Shown one piece after another: positions 30,549 to 40,517 of a DNA stretch of 64,000 nucleotides. The notes under the pieces were generated by a model. It saw nothing but the letters and a program-made list of their open reading frames with translations. It was not told the origin of the DNA and made no database searches. Both the position numbers and the translations under genes were made by a program. Numbering within the stretch: position 1 is the first letter of the stretch; each line of letters begins with the position of its first letter. This DNA is from Candidatus Poseidoniales archaeon (GTDB lineage Archaea; Thermoplasmatota; Poseidoniia; Poseidoniales; Poseidoniaceae), in the NCBI GenBank assembly GCA_003602415.1, contig QQSK01000013.1, forward strand, positions 10,152 through 74,151, written 5' to 3'.

Positions 30549-31269
30549 TCGCTTCAAGCATTGATATCTCTCCACAGGCTACCATTCTAGCCAACTCGGT
30601 AGAGATAGTTAGGCCACCCAAACTCTGAATCCTAGACTGCCTTTGAATTTCTTTTAGGTCGCCGTCTGTGGGATTCAATTCTCGCTTTACATACACCTTT
30701 GCTCCTCCCATCAGTGCTATGCGTGTTGCAGCGTGAATATGCGCTTTTGAACGAGAACCAGAACTAGTTCTATATTCACTAACTTGAAGAGTTTCAATTT
30801 CTCTATCAAGCAATTGATTGATAATTCTGTCACGAATTAATGGCGCTCCATCTCCAACTTTGACATACAACCTTTGATGCTCAACAGCTGAAGACAATCC
30901 AACAACATGTTCAACCACATTGTCAATGCTCTCTAATTGAGCACTACCTACAACTATGCCGTCTGCTAACCATGCTAGTCCAGGTCTTGGGCCAGGGTCA
31001 ATTCCGAAAACTAATGTAATCGCAGAATCTAATCCACGAGATGCTTGTATCGCTCTTTCAACCGCGATTTCGATATTTTCTTCCATTGCCGGTATGCCGC
31101 CATCTGTGACTTCTTCGGGAGAAGTTAGCAATACGCCATCCCATGAATCTCCAGATGATAACATCACAAAATCACAATTTCTCCGCTTTAGTTCTCGCAT
31201 CAAATGGAACGAAAGACGAAAATCGTCGGTTCTAACCGCTATCCGGCGCACAGTCTCTCCTAGCATCAA
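30535..31269 (-). CDS. RNase H-like fold (RuvC/YqgF-like) putative nuclease with an N-terminal extension
   Basis: LVFGIDPGPRPGLAWLADGIVVG resembles the N-terminal motif of RuvC/YqgF resolvases. The protein is 244 aa. The assignment is weak. Confidence 0.3.
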   Translation of the reverse strand: MMLGETVRRIAVRTDDFRLSFHLMRELKRRNCDFVMLSSGDSWDGVLLTSPEEVTDGGIPAMEENIEIAVERAIQASRGLDSAITLVFGIDPGPRPGLAWLADGIVVGSAQLESIDNVVEHVVGLSSAVEHQRLYVKVGDGAPLIRDRIINQLLDREIETLQVSEYRTSSGSRSKAHIHAATRIALMGGAKVYVKRELNPTDGDLKEIQRQSRIQSLGGLTISTELARMVACGEISMLEAIRRA

Positions 31270-31333
31270 TCACGCTTCAATATGACGCGTAATCAGCGAT
31301 ATCATCAAAAGCACTTGACAACGATTCTCAATC

Positions 31334-31957
31334 GTGGCAAGCCAATACGAGAGAGAACTCCGTGCAGTTCTCGCAGGGATTCCAAAAGGAGTTGAAGCGG
31401 TAACAAGATCTTGTGACGCAATAGCCAAAGCTCGTGCTATGCAAGTCATTGAAAGGCCATTCCTAGTGGTAAGGGCAGCAGGCTCTGGAATGGAGGGAAG
31501 TGGTGACTTATTGGCACTTAGAGGAGACTTATGTTTCCCAATAGAAGTCAAATCTTCTAAAAAATCCAAATTGTATCTTTCCGGAAGAACTTGGGACCAA
31601 TACCAAGCGATGATATACGAGGGTAAACGTTGTCAATTGATGCCTTTGTATGCCTACCGTCTGAAAGGTGTGAGGGGCGACTCATGGAGAATATTTCGTG
31701 TCGAGGTTGGAAAATTAAGCGGCCGGCTCGGAATACTAACTCGCAGAATCCCTCCTCTTCCAAAAACAAGGAATGGTAAGCCTTTCCTTGATTGGGAGCA
31801 AGGCATGCCTCTGCACAAATTCTTGTCTCTAGTTTGTAGGAAAGAAGCAAGTCCAACATTGGAATCCTTGGATAAAAGGATCAAAACAGTTGACTTTTCT
31901 AAAGAGGAAAAGAAAGAACATTCACAACTAAGAATCACAGATATGGGGCTCCAATAA
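31334..31957 (+). CDS. hjc: Holliday junction resolvase Hjc-like nuclease with a C-terminal extension
   Basis: YERELRAVL...VVRAAGSGMEGSGDLLALRGDLCFPIEVKSSKK matches the Hjc/PD-(D/E)xK pattern GxxxEREL...RxxGSG...DIIA...IEVK. At 207 aa it is longer than the ~135 aa of canonical Hjc. Confidence 0.55.
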   Translation: MASQYERELRAVLAGIPKGVEAVTRSCDAIAKARAMQVIERPFLVVRAAGSGMEGSGDLLALRGDLCFPIEVKSSKKSKLYLSGRTWDQYQAMIYEGKRCQLMPLYAYRLKGVRGDSWRIFRVEVGKLSGRLGILTRRIPPLPKTRNGKPFLDWEQGMPLHKFLSLVCRKEASPTLESLDKRIKTVDFSKEEKKEHSQLRITDMGLQ

Positions 31958-33398
31958 GGATAACCATAACCATCAACAATAGCAATGAGGATAGTGTTGA
32001 GGCTTTACGTGTAACATGCTCAACCCAAAGTGGATGAATTTTGTACAGGCCGGTTTTCTTTCCGATATTCCTGATTCCTGACATCGTACCGTGAACGATG
32101 TCCTTGAACAAATGTCCTCCATCGAATGGAATCATTGGGAATAGATTGGTAAATCCAAGAAGAATGTTAACCCAAATTAACCAGAACAAGAGATTAACTA
32201 AAATCAATAATCCATCTAATCCAATCGTTGAAGCAAGCCATCCATCTCCAGAATCGAGCATTTCTTCTTGTGCAGGATGAATGGCAACCCCCTGATATTC
32301 AAACGGCGTAAACAGGATTTGCATTGTGTTGATTGGTACACTAATCACATATCCCAATGCATTACTTTCAAAATCAGGATGAGCCCAACCTGCTAGTCTG
32401 TCTACACCGGCGGTGCCTCCAGCTAGATTTTGAACCCCAAGGAATGCATCTCCCTTTTCGATGCCCATGTCTTCAATCAATTCTTCATCCCAGCCCAATT
32501 CGAGATAATGGTCGTACTTGTCGCTGAGGTTAACCATCAGAATTTCCGTACTACCGTCACTGTGGCGAATAACTTCCATAGGCACGGTTTGATTGGCAGA
32601 TAATCCATCCATTACTGTAGCAAAATCGTTTGCATCTTCAATGCCAGTTCCGTTGATTGTCGTAATGACATCCCACGCTTCTAGACCAGCATCATCTGCT
32701 CCAGAATCAATAACGATTTGGCTAGAGTGTACGCCAGGGTTTGCTGGAGAGAATTGTCCTGCCACTTGACCTAGGATAACAATGAGAATGAATGCTGCAA
32801 AAATATTGGTTGCAGGGCCTGCCGCAAACATTCGCTGGCGCTCTCTTCGAGGAGAATTTACAATCTCGTTATATTCTGGTTCTGCAAATGCACCTAGAGG
32901 CAATGGTCCGGCCATCAATAGTCCGAAATTTCGTACGCGCATGCCATGCGCCCGAGCTTGGATTCCGTGGCCAAATTCATGGATCACTAAACAAATTACG
33001 AATGCGATGACTCCCCATCCAAGAGGAATAATTGGACTAAGACCAGGTATGGCTACTAATTCAGAGACAGGCCTAGGCTCAGCGGTATTGCCCATGATTA
33101 TTGCAGAGATTATAGCAAGAATAATTCCAATTGCTACGATGAACATTGCACCCCAGCAAACCCATAGCGAAATCTCACCATAAATCCTCCAGAATTTCCT
33201 TGGACTGGAAATTTTCTCAAGGCTTTTTTTGCCCTTGGAGGTTCTAATCATCAACACCATTCCAAAGAAAACCCTTGAAGCGTCCCATTCGTCTAATTTT
33301 CCGCTATTCTCCCAATGACGTAATAGGAGATACCAACCAAATACGAGAATCAAAAATTCCGGCCAACCGAAATCGACCGCGAGAAAATTGCTTCCCAT
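31935..33398 (-). CDS. Site-2 protease (M50 family) with a PDZ domain
   Basis: It has the HExxH motif HEFGHG in a TM helix and the second metal-ligand motif FDGGH. A PDZ-like segment lies between TM segments. Confidence 0.75.
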   Translation of the reverse strand: MGSNFLAVDFGWPEFLILVFGWYLLLRHWENSGKLDEWDASRVFFGMVLMIRTSKGKKSLEKISSPRKFWRIYGEISLWVCWGAMFIVAIGIILAIISAIIMGNTAEPRPVSELVAIPGLSPIIPLGWGVIAFVICLVIHEFGHGIQARAHGMRVRNFGLLMAGPLPLGAFAEPEYNEIVNSPRRERQRMFAAGPATNIFAAFILIVILGQVAGQFSPANPGVHSSQIVIDSGADDAGLEAWDVITTINGTGIEDANDFATVMDGLSANQTVPMEVIRHSDGSTEILMVNLSDKYDHYLELGWDEELIEDMGIEKGDAFLGVQNLAGGTAGVDRLAGWAHPDFESNALGYVISVPINTMQILFTPFEYQGVAIHPAQEEMLDSGDGWLASTIGLDGLLILVNLLFWLIWVNILLGFTNLFPMIPFDGGHLFKDIVHGTMSGIRNIGKKTGLYKIHPLWVEHVTRKASTLSSLLLLMVMVILIGAPYL

Positions 33399-33471
33399 GA
33401 ACCCGCCAACAACTGATTACACTTCAACTCCGTGTCGTTTAGTTCTTCAATGACCGGCACCTGGCACTGAC

Positions 33472-34017
33472 ATGGACGCGACTAGCCCCGAAGTTGACAA
33501 CTGGATTTTAGAAGCGTTTGGCGAAGAACCTGATGCTGTATCAATCTGGTCTGAAGATGATGACATGGTACAGTTATTCTTTCGACTATCGGATAAAGTA
33601 GTAATTTCAGACCTCTCTTGGCAAGATGGGCAAATATTGGAAGAAGCTTCACTTGTTGTTAGGTTGACTAACTGGCACCCGAAGTCGATACAGACTAGGA
33701 GAATGCCAGATGGGTTTGTTAGATTCAGACACCGAAATAATGAAATTTTCTTAGCGCCAGAGGTGAAATCTGATGAGTGGGCTGCAGGTTTGCTTGAAGA
33801 TTGGTTGACTGAAATGCGAGGTCAAAATGCTATTCCAAAGAGTAGAGTGCAACGAATTTCTGGGATTAAGCGAATGCGAGATACTGTTAGCAAAATGCTC
33901 GATCAAGCGAATTTGTCGGTAATTCGCGATGAGATTAATTTCATTGAACACAGATTGAACACTGCAGACAATCGCCTTTCTGGTAAGAAGCCCAACTATT
34001 CTTCTTCCGAGGAATAA
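33472..34017 (+). CDS. Hypothetical protein
   Basis: It is a 181-aa ORF with no recognised motif. Confidence 0.3.
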   Translation: MDATSPEVDNWILEAFGEEPDAVSIWSEDDDMVQLFFRLSDKVVISDLSWQDGQILEEASLVVRLTNWHPKSIQTRRMPDGFVRFRHRNNEIFLAPEVKSDEWAAGLLEDWLTEMRGQNAIPKSRVQRISGIKRMRDTVSKMLDQANLSVIRDEINFIEHRLNTADNRLSGKKPNYSSSEE

Positions 34018-34955
34018 ATTTTGGCGATTGCATTCTCCCTTTCTGCTTCAATCATTTCAGGAGAGTTTCGTAAAATTCTGTTGAATAATGGTTCGATTAA
34101 CATTGGAGTAACAAGAATCACTCCAATGAAAGCGATCAAGAATACAAATGAAGGCCCAGGTACTTGACTTACTCCAGGAGAATCCCCTCCGCTAACCATC
34201 AATTTGACGGTTCCAAGCCATGGTATCTCAGCACCGGATATTCCGATTACCCATTCATTTTGAACAGGACGAATCATTCCGCTGTGAAGCGAAGAAAGCC
34301 CTTGTGCGAATTCAAAAACACCTTGGTCATCGTTACAATCATTATTGTCTCCAAGAGTGATATATCCTGGATTTGCTGGAGTATAATTTTCAACACTGAA
34401 CCATGAAGAACCATGTTGTGCAGCAACTCCTCCGCAACTGTATTTTCCAGCATCATCGCCGTCGAATGTGAAATTAATTTTTTCAACGCTAACTTGATTG
34501 GTCCCGGGGACGCTCCAAGTCAGTACGCAAATATCGCCCCATAGAGTGCCTGATTCACATTCTCCATCTACCGCATCTACATTTTCAGCTACAATTATGT
34601 TGAACAATGCTCGATGAATGATGGGTGTACTAGTCGTTTCCCCATTTCTTTCATAGATTATGACGTCACCTTCCATTCCTAATGATTCGTATCCATAATC
34701 CGGAGAATCAGGATTTGTAGCTTCAGCAAAAGTGATTATTTTTTTACTATCTGGGGAGTGAACTAAAACCAAGTCTCCTGCATCTATCGTTCCAATTTCA
34801 CCATTGGAATCATGCTGCATAGAGTTTGATTCGACAACGACCAGTGGGGGCATTGAACCGGTATGAGCCCACAATGCCATAACCAATATCGAAATCATAC
34901 CAATTGCCAATACAATCTCACGAAGGAGTGTTCGGACAGGGTCAGATTCTCCCAT
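33996..34955 (-). CDS. Signal peptidase I (archaeal Sec11/S26B-type) with a long C-terminal extension and C-terminal TM helix
   Basis: An N-terminal TM helix is followed by VVVESNSMQH...GDLVLV, which resembles the archaeal SPase box (VVLSGSMEP...GD). The extra ~150-aa beta-rich domain and second TM helix are atypical. Confidence 0.45.
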   Translation of the reverse strand: MGESDPVRTLLREIVLAIGMISILVMALWAHTGSMPPLVVVESNSMQHDSNGEIGTIDAGDLVLVHSPDSKKIITFAEATNPDSPDYGYESLGMEGDVIIYERNGETTSTPIIHRALFNIIVAENVDAVDGECESGTLWGDICVLTWSVPGTNQVSVEKINFTFDGDDAGKYSCGGVAAQHGSSWFSVENYTPANPGYITLGDNNDCNDDQGVFEFAQGLSSLHSGMIRPVQNEWVIGISGAEIPWLGTVKLMVSGGDSPGVSQVPGPSFVFLIAFIGVILVTPMLIEPLFNRILRNSPEMIEAERENAIAKIYSSEEE

Positions 34956-34971
34956 TGTTACATCCCAGTAG

Positions 34972-35343
34972 TCAACGCTTCTTCAATCCCTTCTCTTGAA
35001 GGAATGCATTCCACGCTTCTAAATGACCTCCACCTAGGATACGTGCTGCTTCATCACCATTGCCTTTCTGTTTACGAAGTTCAGATGTTGATTTAGTTGA
35101 CATGATTAAATCTAATGTTTTCGCTCTAGCATTCAGATTGATGAAGGCAGGCGCAGATAATGCAAGTCCAATAATTCCCACTACAATCAATACGATCGAT
35201 GCTCCAGTGTATTCTTGGAAGTCTGCATTATCTTGTAAAAACATTAACTGAAGAGCCGACATAGTTGTCAGAAGCGAAAATGCAAATGTCGCAGTACCTG
35301 AAATTTTCAGTTGTTTTCCGTGCTGATTATCCCACCAACCCAT
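34972..35343 (-). CDS. Small 2-TM membrane protein (hypothetical)
   Basis: It is 123 aa and lies 17 nt upstream of the signal peptidase on the same strand. Confidence 0.35.
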   Translation of the reverse strand: MGWWDNQHGKQLKISGTATFAFSLLTTMSALQLMFLQDNADFQEYTGASIVLIVVGIIGLALSAPAFINLNARAKTLDLIMSTKSTSELRKQKGNGDEAARILGGGHLEAWNAFLQEKGLKKR

Positions 35344-35439
35344 ACTCTCACCTGCTTAGCGTATAGCAGTCTTATTATTCGATTTTTGCTTTTTGCAAAA
35401 CTGACTTGACTGGGTATTATTGAAATGTGATGAACCTAC

Positions 35440-38400
35440 GTGGGCCGAAGGCCCATCAGGTGCAAAGGTGATGCAAAAGTGAAAAAATCAGTATTCTTAG
35501 TCACAGTTTTCGTCCTATCTGTTCTTTCGCCAATAGCAATGGCGGAGGTTACTGAGACCCAATTCCAAGGTGGTTCAACGTCATACACTCACTCCTTTTC
35601 AGGCACAGGTAGCGGCTTTGCGGGTAACCTAACATTCCCTTACGGAGCCGAAGTTACAGCAGCATCCTTCGAGGTTACAGGACATCCTTCTTCTACCACA
35701 TGGGGTAATCTTTCAACCAATTCTGATTTTGGTGGCGCAGGTAGCGGAACATGGGTTGGAACACCTCCTGGTTTCGCTTCTGGAAGCAGATCAAATTTGG
35801 AAGTAGGTAACGACCAAGTCAAGTTACGTGGTAACCCTACCAACAACTTGAATGGAATCGATAGGTCAGCAGAAGCAACCTCAACTGAAACAATTAACAA
35901 TACCGGAGGATTTGCCTCAAATGGCGATCAAGGATTCATTGGAGCGACTAGTAAGCAGACATCTTTCTCTCTAACTTCATCCACCTCAAATTACCGAGGA
36001 TTCATTATTGCACATGGAGATGAATATCATTCAGCATCATACTCGGGCTCATCTATGTACAGTACTCCTGTAGTGAAAAGATACAATTCAACGACTGGAG
36101 CATTCATAGGTTCAGCAAGTATTTCATCCGGCTCATGTTCTTATTCAACACCATTGTACTCAACTTATGATGCAACCAGTGATGGAGAGGGTAATGTCTG
36201 GACTGTTTCCTACAGTTACAGAGTTTTGTTCAAGTGGTCTGTTTCACCAACGACTGGAGCATGGACTTGCCTTGGCAGTTACACATACTCTAGCAGTTAC
36301 TACCCCGTAGGAGTTGATGTGGACGAAGATTCAGGTCGTCTGTTCTTGTTGATGTATCAATCATCATATCCAAATTACAACAGATATCTGTACGAGGTTA
36401 ACCCTAGTTCTCCTTCATCGATTAATGGAAGTTGGCTATTAGGTTCAAGAGAACAAATGGGAACAACTAGTACTACAGCAACCGGTCTTGTAGTAGATCT
36501 TCCTAGAATTATGACCAATGAATACTACAGTTCCTATGGATACCACAATTATTTCACAATGAATGGAATTTTCGTTGAGAAAATGGGTAAATTACAACTC
36601 AGCGAGGGCGGCCATTATGGAATGGATCAATTGGGAGATAACACAATTGGCTCCCAATGTCATTACAACGCTTATTGTTCTACTGCGAATAGGAACAAGA
36701 TTCTCAGAGAAGGCACAGGTGCGATTTACGATTATCGCACACCAACCTCAACATCTTCAGTTGTTACCAGCACTACAACCTCTCTTACGCGCCAAATCAC
36801 TGAAATTACCGTGTCTGGGATTGTAGGTTTCATTCCTGACAATACTAGTATTGAACTTGAAGTTTCAAATGATGGAGGAACAACTTGGATGAGCGGTCTG
36901 TTCAATCAGAAATTAATTTTCTCAACAGCCGGCTCTAACGTGTTATGGAAAGCTTACCTCAATGGAACAAGCTCAGAAACTCCTGTTCTAGACTTTGTAG
37001 TTCTAACATATTCAACGAGTTATACCACAAGTGGATATTTCCAATTGCGCTCGAACTATTATTCAGGTAACGCACCTGTAGCGATAACAGCATGGTGGAA
37101 TGCAACAACCCCTGCAGGCACAGGTCTGCAAGTTGAGTTCCAAGACAGTTCGACTAAAACTTTCCAATACAGTGGCGATTCAAAGACAGTAACTATGACC
37201 AGTGGTTACATCTACATTTACGTAAGATATACCTCAACAGGTTCTGATACTCCAGTTCTGGATGATTTGAACATAGCATTGCATTCTGATGCTCCAGAAC
37301 AGGTTGGAATTGACATTGGAGGAGTTAACGGATGGACTAGCCAAGGTGTCTTGCTTGGAACTACAACTCGTGGAGGCATTCAGTTCGTTAATGCATTCAA
37401 TTCACAAATTCCTGATGAGGGCAGTGGCAGTGTATCTATTCCAGTTAACTTGACTTCTCAAACATCGGGTATTGTTGTTCTAGAACGTTTCAGTGTCACT
37501 TACAAGATTAACACCGTAAACCTTGATATTTCAATTCCTGATGGTGAAATTTTGCATGAAAGAAATGAGCCATATGAGGTCGTAACTCGACATATTGTTG
37601 GAGATGGAGCCAATAATTACATTCAGTCAGCAACTCTCTCTTTCCTCGCCTCACCAGCATCTAGTGCACCTACATTAGAATGGCAAGATGGAGATATATT
37701 CCCATCCCCTAACGATCCTGATGATTGGGTCGACATTGATCAATCCTCTTGGTCAGTTTTGAATAATGGAATTTTAGAAATCCATTGGTTATTCTATGTG
37801 ACCTCTAATTTCCCAGACCAGCAAAATGTTCGTTTCTCAACCAACTGTTTGGACACATCTGGAAGTAACGGCTACTCGCCTTCTCCATTGTCTAGCGATA
37901 CTGGATTACGTGTCAACAATTCCTTCGGACTTGGTTGGATGAATATTCGAGATAATGATGGAGAAGTTACATCAAACGATGTTGAGGATGGCAGTTGGGT
38001 TGCTGCAGGAGAAACTTTGCACTTCCAAGGTGCAATGTGGTTTGCAGATTCAACCGATGCTCCAAAGGATAATGCATTCGACGTCAGGATTTCCCAGAAT
38101 GGATATGTCGACGCTGCCTGGAGAGATACTTCCAATGTTAATGGTTCATTCTTTATCTCAATTCAGATGCCAGATATCGATGTAGAGAGTGGACTTTCAT
38201 ATGAAGTTCAGACTTATAATGAAAGAGATTCAACCATGGTTTTGGATTCCAATTCAGATTGGTTCAGGACCTACAAGGTAGATGCAACAGCACCTGAAGC
38301 ATTGGACACATACCCTGAAAATGATGCATATGAAGCAGCAGATACTGACCAGAAAATCAGTATTAGTATTTCTGATAACGTTGGCGACCCTACTGAATTA

Positions 38401-40476
38401 AGCCTATTCTATTGGGTTGAAGCGGACCACGACTTGAACCGCAATGGTGAAGCAGACCCAAGTGAATATGCTGAGAAGATTGTCGTCAATCAAACCGAAG
38501 CAGACTTCAAGACATTCTCCACAACAATCGATCACTCAAGAAATCCGAATATGGGTCGAGTGTCCTACTACTGGGACGGTGGAGACAGAGCAGGTAATCC
38601 TCTACACTACTCTACCATTATCGATGACCAAGTGTATGATTGGGAAAGCGGACCTGGGTTCGATAGCGATGATGCTACGTTTAGAAGTCGGAAGGACTCA
38701 TCTGCAATTTTCACCGGATTAGATTGGGCTGGACACAATGATGGAGCTCCAATCTTTGCAGGAACCGAGCAGAAAATTTCTCTTGGATTAATCGATGCTA
38801 ATACTGCAATCGATTTCGAGTATATTGATTTGGTATTCGACTTCGAAGGCCCAGATAGCAATGTGGACCAGCAAAGAATCTCGTATTATGGAATTACAGA
38901 CTCGTTTGCTAGCAATTCTGAATTCATCAATCTTGCATCCAGTTCATCAATGGTCCAAACAACAAATGAATCTGGAATGCCTCTAATCTTAATCGATTTC
39001 GACTTCACAATTGGTTGGGATTGGCCTGATGAAGAGATATCTGACCTTGCTTTAGAATACAAAGAGAGAGGTGAAGATTCACCAACACGCCATATTATTG
39101 CTGAGCATACTTTCACTGTAGAGAATGATTTAGTTCTCGAAGCATCATCATTCTTGGTTGAAGATATCAGTGAGCCAAGAACGGGAATTGTTGCTGATGG
39201 TAGTAGAGTCAGAAATGATGACCGACTTGAATTTACAGGAAGGGTTGTTTACGAAGGAAGTAATGTCCCTGCTCCAAATGATGCGTCGATAGTAATCGAG
39301 GTATTCGATGGAGAAAGCATCTGGTCGGATGGCTCAATTGGCGAAGATGGTAGTTATTCAGTGGAAGTTCCACTATCACACGCAGAAACCCTTCAATCCT
39401 CACCAACTAGGACCTGTTTGATTTCTATTGGCGGGATCCCTGGCAAAGGAGAAGATATGACTGGCCAAACAGTATCTACTACTCTTAGAGTGGTTGTAGA
39501 CGACACAGCTCCTAGAGTTGTTAGTCGAACAGCCCCAATGAATGTAATCGATATTTCTGAAACTACTGACTTGACCAAAGTCCCAGTAGAATTCCATGGC
39601 ACAGAAGATGCTGACATGACAGGTTCTGAACAGGTTGTACATTGGGTCATGAGAGACTCAAGCCGTACTCTGACTATGGGTGCAGGCCAGTCTAAATTAG
39701 GAATGCAACAGGATGGTCAGAGTGTGATTTGGACTGGAACAGTTGACCTAACCGACAATGGAAGAATCACATTGCGTGAAGGTGATTGGGTTGGATTCTA
39801 CCTAACAGGTTACGATTCTGCAGGTAATGAATTCCCAGTTGTTTCTAATTCAGAAGCTAGCCCAATTGCAGAGATAGCAGCAGATGATACAGATTTCGAA
39901 CGTCAGTGGGTAAGGTTGGGTGCAATAGGTCCTCAATTGAAGATCGATTCGATTACTCTATCCGATGACCACGTTGCACCAGGCCAAGAGATTCAGATAA
40001 CTGCCGATGTTAGAAACGTTGGTGGAGCAACCAACTCGCAATTCAAGGTGTCATTCTATGCAGGAGATGCAATCGTGCCATTCGATTCATCAACTTTGAA
40101 CAAGATTGGTTCTGACCAAGTAATTCCAGTTTCAGTAACATGGAATGCAGAGGAAGGAGTCGATAGAATTCGAGTAGTAGTTGACCCTGATGATGTGATT
40201 GTAGAGGTCAATGACGATGATAATTCAGCCGAACACAAAGTCGAAATTGTCTATGTCTCATACATGGGATGGTTCGATTCTATTCGTGAGCAACCATTGA
40301 TTTGGTTATTCTCCATACTTTCAATTATCGTTCTTGTTGGAATTGGAATCACTGCAAATCGTACAGCGATCAATCATGGTGACGATTCGATCTATGATGA
40401 AGAATGGGAAGACGAAGAAGAAGAATGGGACGAAGACGACGAAGAGGATGACGACGATTACGATGAGGACTATTGA
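35440..40476 (+). CDS. Giant secreted surface protein (~1665-1678 aa) with CARDB-like and beta-rich domains, a C-terminal TM anchor and a poly-acidic tail
   Basis: A classical signal peptide KKSVFLVTVFVLSVLSPIAMA follows a candidate GTG start at 35479. The track's start at 35440 is also GTG. It has a Ser/Thr/Tyr-rich N-terminal region. A CARDB-like stretch (APGQEIQITADVRNVGGATNSQFKVSFYAGD) lies near the C-terminus. The TM helix is IWLFSILSIIVLVGIGI and the tail reads EEWEDEEEEWDEDDEEDDDDYDEDY. Confidence 0.6.
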   Translation: MGRRPIRCKGDAKVKKSVFLVTVFVLSVLSPIAMAEVTETQFQGGSTSYTHSFSGTGSGFAGNLTFPYGAEVTAASFEVTGHPSSTTWGNLSTNSDFGGAGSGTWVGTPPGFASGSRSNLEVGNDQVKLRGNPTNNLNGIDRSAEATSTETINNTGGFASNGDQGFIGATSKQTSFSLTSSTSNYRGFIIAHGDEYHSASYSGSSMYSTPVVKRYNSTTGAFIGSASISSGSCSYSTPLYSTYDATSDGEGNVWTVSYSYRVLFKWSVSPTTGAWTCLGSYTYSSSYYPVGVDVDEDSGRLFLLMYQSSYPNYNRYLYEVNPSSPSSINGSWLLGSREQMGTTSTTATGLVVDLPRIMTNEYYSSYGYHNYFTMNGIFVEKMGKLQLSEGGHYGMDQLGDNTIGSQCHYNAYCSTANRNKILREGTGAIYDYRTPTSTSSVVTSTTTSLTRQITEITVSGIVGFIPDNTSIELEVSNDGGTTWMSGLFNQKLIFSTAGSNVLWKAYLNGTSSETPVLDFVVLTYSTSYTTSGYFQLRSNYYSGNAPVAITAWWNATTPAGTGLQVEFQDSSTKTFQYSGDSKTVTMTSGYIYIYVRYTSTGSDTPVLDDLNIALHSDAPEQVGIDIGGVNGWTSQGVLLGTTTRGGIQFVNAFNSQIPDEGSGSVSIPVNLTSQTSGIVVLERFSVTYKINTVNLDISIPDGEILHERNEPYEVVTRHIVGDGANNYIQSATLSFLASPASSAPTLEWQDGDIFPSPNDPDDWVDIDQSSWSVLNNGILEIHWLFYVTSNFPDQQNVRFSTNCLDTSGSNGYSPSPLSSDTGLRVNNSFGLGWMNIRDNDGEVTSNDVEDGSWVAAGETLHFQGAMWFADSTDAPKDNAFDVRISQNGYVDAAWRDTSNVNGSFFISIQMPDIDVESGLSYEVQTYNERDSTMVLDSNSDWFRTYKVDATAPEALDTYPENDAYEAADTDQKISISISDNVGDPTELSLFYWVEADHDLNRNGEADPSEYAEKIVVNQTEADFKTFSTTIDHSRNPNMGRVSYYWDGGDRAGNPLHYSTIIDDQVYDWESGPGFDSDDATFRSRKDSSAIFTGLDWAGHNDGAPIFAGTEQKISLGLIDANTAIDFEYIDLVFDFEGPDSNVDQQRISYYGITDSFASNSEFINLASSSSMVQTTNESGMPLILIDFDFTIGWDWPDEEISDLALEYKERGEDSPTRHIIAEHTFTVENDLVLEASSFLVEDISEPRTGIVADGSRVRNDDRLEFTGRVVYEGSNVPAPNDASIVIEVFDGESIWSDGSIGEDGSYSVEVPLSHAETLQSSPTRTCLISIGGIPGKGEDMTGQTVSTTLRVVVDDTAPRVVSRTAPMNVIDISETTDLTKVPVEFHGTEDADMTGSEQVVHWVMRDSSRTLTMGAGQSKLGMQQDGQSVIWTGTVDLTDNGRITLREGDWVGFYLTGYDSAGNEFPVVSNSEASPIAEIAADDTDFERQWVRLGAIGPQLKIDSITLSDDHVAPGQEIQITADVRNVGGATNSQFKVSFYAGDAIVPFDSSTLNKIGSDQVIPVSVTWNAEEGVDRIRVVVDPDDVIVEVNDDDNSAEHKVEIVYVSYMGWFDSIREQPLIWLFSILSIIVLVGIGITANRTAINHGDDSIYDEEWEDEEEEWDEDDEEDDDDYDEDY
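35441..35455. promoter_or_regulatory. Hairpin TGGGCC-GAA-GGCCCA at the 5' end of the giant surface protein gene
   Basis: It has a 6-bp stem and a GAA loop. It lies 24 nt upstream of the signal-peptide GTG at 35479. Confidence 0.25.
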
Positions 40477-40517
40477 GTCCTCGAATCGTTGCCCTCTTGA
40501 ACCAGTGGCTTCGCCCT

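Noticed and set aside
35440-35478. The ORF track's start for the giant surface protein, giving MGRRPIRCKGDAK before the signal peptide.
   Set aside because: The codon at 35440 is GTG and the extension is a 13-residue charged N-region. The downstream GTG at 35479 yields a canonical signal peptide (KKSVFLVTVFVLSVLSPIAMA). Both are reported. The upstream segment coincides with the TGGGCC-GAA-GGCCCA hairpin.
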